DNA of 64,000 nucleotides from an uncultured bacterium (GTDB lineage Bacteria; Omnitrophota; Omnitrophia; Omnitrophales; JACQLI01): NCBI GenBank assembly GCA_964372875.1, contig CAYJTB010000001.1, positions 27,860 to 91,859 of the forward strand, read 5' to 3'. Shown piece by piece: positions 62,460 to 64,000 of this stretch (position 1 is its first letter; each line of letters starts with the position of its first letter). The notes under the pieces were generated by a model. It saw only the letters and a program-made list of their open reading frames with translations, ran no database searches and was not told where the DNA came from. The position numbers and the translations under genes were made by a program.

Positions 62460-63379
62460 CCGAAACGCTCACGAGTCCGAAGGGACGCTCCGCTTCTTTA
62501 GGCCTTATTCCCGGCCTCGCTAAAAAATTTCCTCGCCAGAAGACGCTCGAGATGTTCCAAAAAATCTGCATCAACCGCGCGTTTGAAATCGAAGTGGCAG
62601 CACTTTATCCCAAAGGGATCATGAAGATTCCCGTTTATCTTTCGCTGGGACAGGAACAAATTCCGGCTGCAATCTCCACCGTCAAAAAAGATTTCCTGAT
62701 CTTCGCCCAACACCGGTGCCATTCCTATTACCTTTCTTTTGGGGGAGATATGAGAAGACTTGCGGATGAACTGCTGGGCCGCGAAACGGGCTGCGCGCGC
62801 GGAATGGGCGGCTCGGCCTCTATTCATGATCCCTCCATCGGCATGTTTGGCCATAGCGGACTCATGGGCGATCAGGTTCCTGTCGCTGTGGGTGCGGCAC
62901 TGGGTTCCGGAAAACCTGTGTTAACCGTGGTAGGAGATGCCTCAGGTGAAGAAGACTATGTTTATGGCGCCATGGGTTATGCGGTCACAAAAAAACTTCC
63001 CCTTCTTATGATCTGTGAGGACAACAATCTTTCCATCCTTACTCCGATTTCAACGCGCAGATCCTGGAGCTTGGTGGATGTTGCCCGGTCCCTTGGTATG
63101 GAGTCCGTTGATATCACGGACGACCCGTGGCTCGTTGCGCATTACACGGAACAATTTTTAGGAAAACTCCCCGCATTTATTAATATCCGTACGTGCCGCA
63201 ATCTTTGGCATGCCGGCCCGGGAACCGACGGTCCGCCGGAGTGGAACCGGTTTGAACTCATCAAAGAAGAAATGAAAAACCTCGGCCTTGAGGCTGAAGC
63301 AGAGCAGATCGAAAATGAGGCCGTCCAAAAAGTGAAGAAAATATGGGAAGAACGGTTGCCGAAACCATCCAAGCCATAA
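62456..63379 (+). CDS. TPP-dependent 2-oxoacid/acetoin dehydrogenase E1 component alpha subunit
   Basis: TPP-binding GDG-x25-NN (VVGDASGEEDYVYGAMGYA...CEDNNLSI). Confidence 0.75.
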   Translation: MTETLTSPKGRSASLGLIPGLAKKFPRQKTLEMFQKICINRAFEIEVAALYPKGIMKIPVYLSLGQEQIPAAISTVKKDFLIFAQHRCHSYYLSFGGDMRRLADELLGRETGCARGMGGSASIHDPSIGMFGHSGLMGDQVPVAVGAALGSGKPVLTVVGDASGEEDYVYGAMGYAVTKKLPLLMICEDNNLSILTPISTRRSWSLVDVARSLGMESVDITDDPWLVAHYTEQFLGKLPAFINIRTCRNLWHAGPGTDGPPEWNRFELIKEEMKNLGLEAEAEQIENEAVQKVKKIWEERLPKPSKP

Positions 63380-64000
63380 CGAGAAAACATCTCGTTGAAA
63401 ACCAGGGCCTTCTTTTCGGCCAGTGTGTGACCGCAGTCGGTTGGATCGGCGGTACCGTCCCTCAGATGACTGAAGAAGAGGGGATTGTGGAACTTTCCAT
63501 GTCCGATGTGGCCGGACCCGGGATTGCGGTGGGTGCGGCACTTGCCGGCAGGCGGCCCATTTATGTGATCCGTTATCAAGGCTTCATGTGGTACAACGCT
63601 TCACCGATCGTCAATTACGCCGCCAAATCCAAAGAAATGTGGGGCGTGCCGTGCCCTATTTTTGTACGTGCCCTTGCCATGGAAGGCGGGATGGGTCCGG
63701 TAGCCTCTGGGGCTCATCACAGTATGGTGATGCGGATGCCGGGAATTCCGATTGTTGCGCCCATGACACCGGGAGAATGGACCGAGGCCTGGGACTGGTT
63801 TATGACGCATGACGACCCCATGTATGTGAGCGAGCATCGCCGCAGTTTTACTATCAATGATGAAATGGAACCCGCTCTTCACCCGCAGGCTGACATCACG
63901 ATCTTCGGAATCAGTGCAGGCCGGCTGAATGCCATTGAAGCAGTGAAGCAACTCGCCACTCAAGGAATCACTTGCGACCTCATTCATCTTGCATGGCTCA
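63343..64000 (+). CDS. dehydrogenase E1 component beta subunit (transketolase-like pyrimidine-binding domain), 3-prime end outside window
   Basis: MGRTVAETIQAI...GQCVTAVGWIGG...VELSMSDVAGPGIAVGAALAG; not in ORF track because no stop within window; overlaps alpha subunit end. Confidence 0.7.
   Translation, partial: MGRTVAETIQAITRKHLVENQGLLFGQCVTAVGWIGGTVPQMTEEEGIVELSMSDVAGPGIAVGAALAGRRPIYVIRYQGFMWYNASPIVNYAAKSKEMWGVPCPIFVRALAMEGGMGPVASGAHHSMVMRMPGIPIVAPMTPGEWTEAWDWFMTHDDPMYVSEHRRSFTINDEMEPALHPQADITIFGISAGRLNAIEAVKQLATQGITCDLIHLAWL

Overview
The window is a bacterial chromosomal segment with ~50% GC, bacterial gene order and overlapping start/stop codons. It is probably from an uncultivated lineage; the giant gene is reminiscent of the giant ORFs reported in Omnitrophota-like genomes, but this is a guess. 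Three parts stand out.

1. Positions 1-11.7 kb hold a conserved ribosomal-protein operon tail (rplO-secY-adk-map-infA-rpmJ-rpsM-rpsK-rpsD-rpoA-rplQ), then an aspartate aminotransferase, a doubly truncated Mfd-like helicase, a SurA-like PPIase and pdxA.

2. Positions 11.7-29.4 kb look like a ~17.7 kb insertion between pdxA and rsmA (ksgA), which are normally adjacent. It carries a divergent GT2 synthase operon, a single 13.4 kb ORF encoding a 4467-aa secreted protein, and a vapBC pair. The giant ORF is the most unusual object in the window. On its antisense strand it carries a PIN-toxin/antitoxin pair and two paralogous small 2-TM protein genes. It contains a recurring RSEVR peptide motif, conserved at the protein level, about 12 times. 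It also contains several in-frame GC-rich hairpin-cluster repeats.

3. Positions 29.4-64 kb contain rsmA, gatCAB (interrupted by structured intergenic repeats, with inverted copies flanking gatCA), tsaD, mgtC, larB-larC-ZIP, an acidic secreted protein, hisG, a bS22-like micro-ORF, ispE, spoVG, tRNA-Gln, and a large Wza/Wzc/Wzy exopolysaccharide locus ending in TPP-dependent E1 alpha/beta.

A second notable feature is a family of short palindromic elements with terminal inverted repeats GTCATTGCGAGG/CCTCGCAATGAC. Copies are inserted in-frame inside tsaD, larB and rsmA (analogous to Rickettsia palindromic elements), and further copies lie in intergenic regions.

All calls rest on reading the supplied sequence and ORF translations by eye. 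No database search was run.
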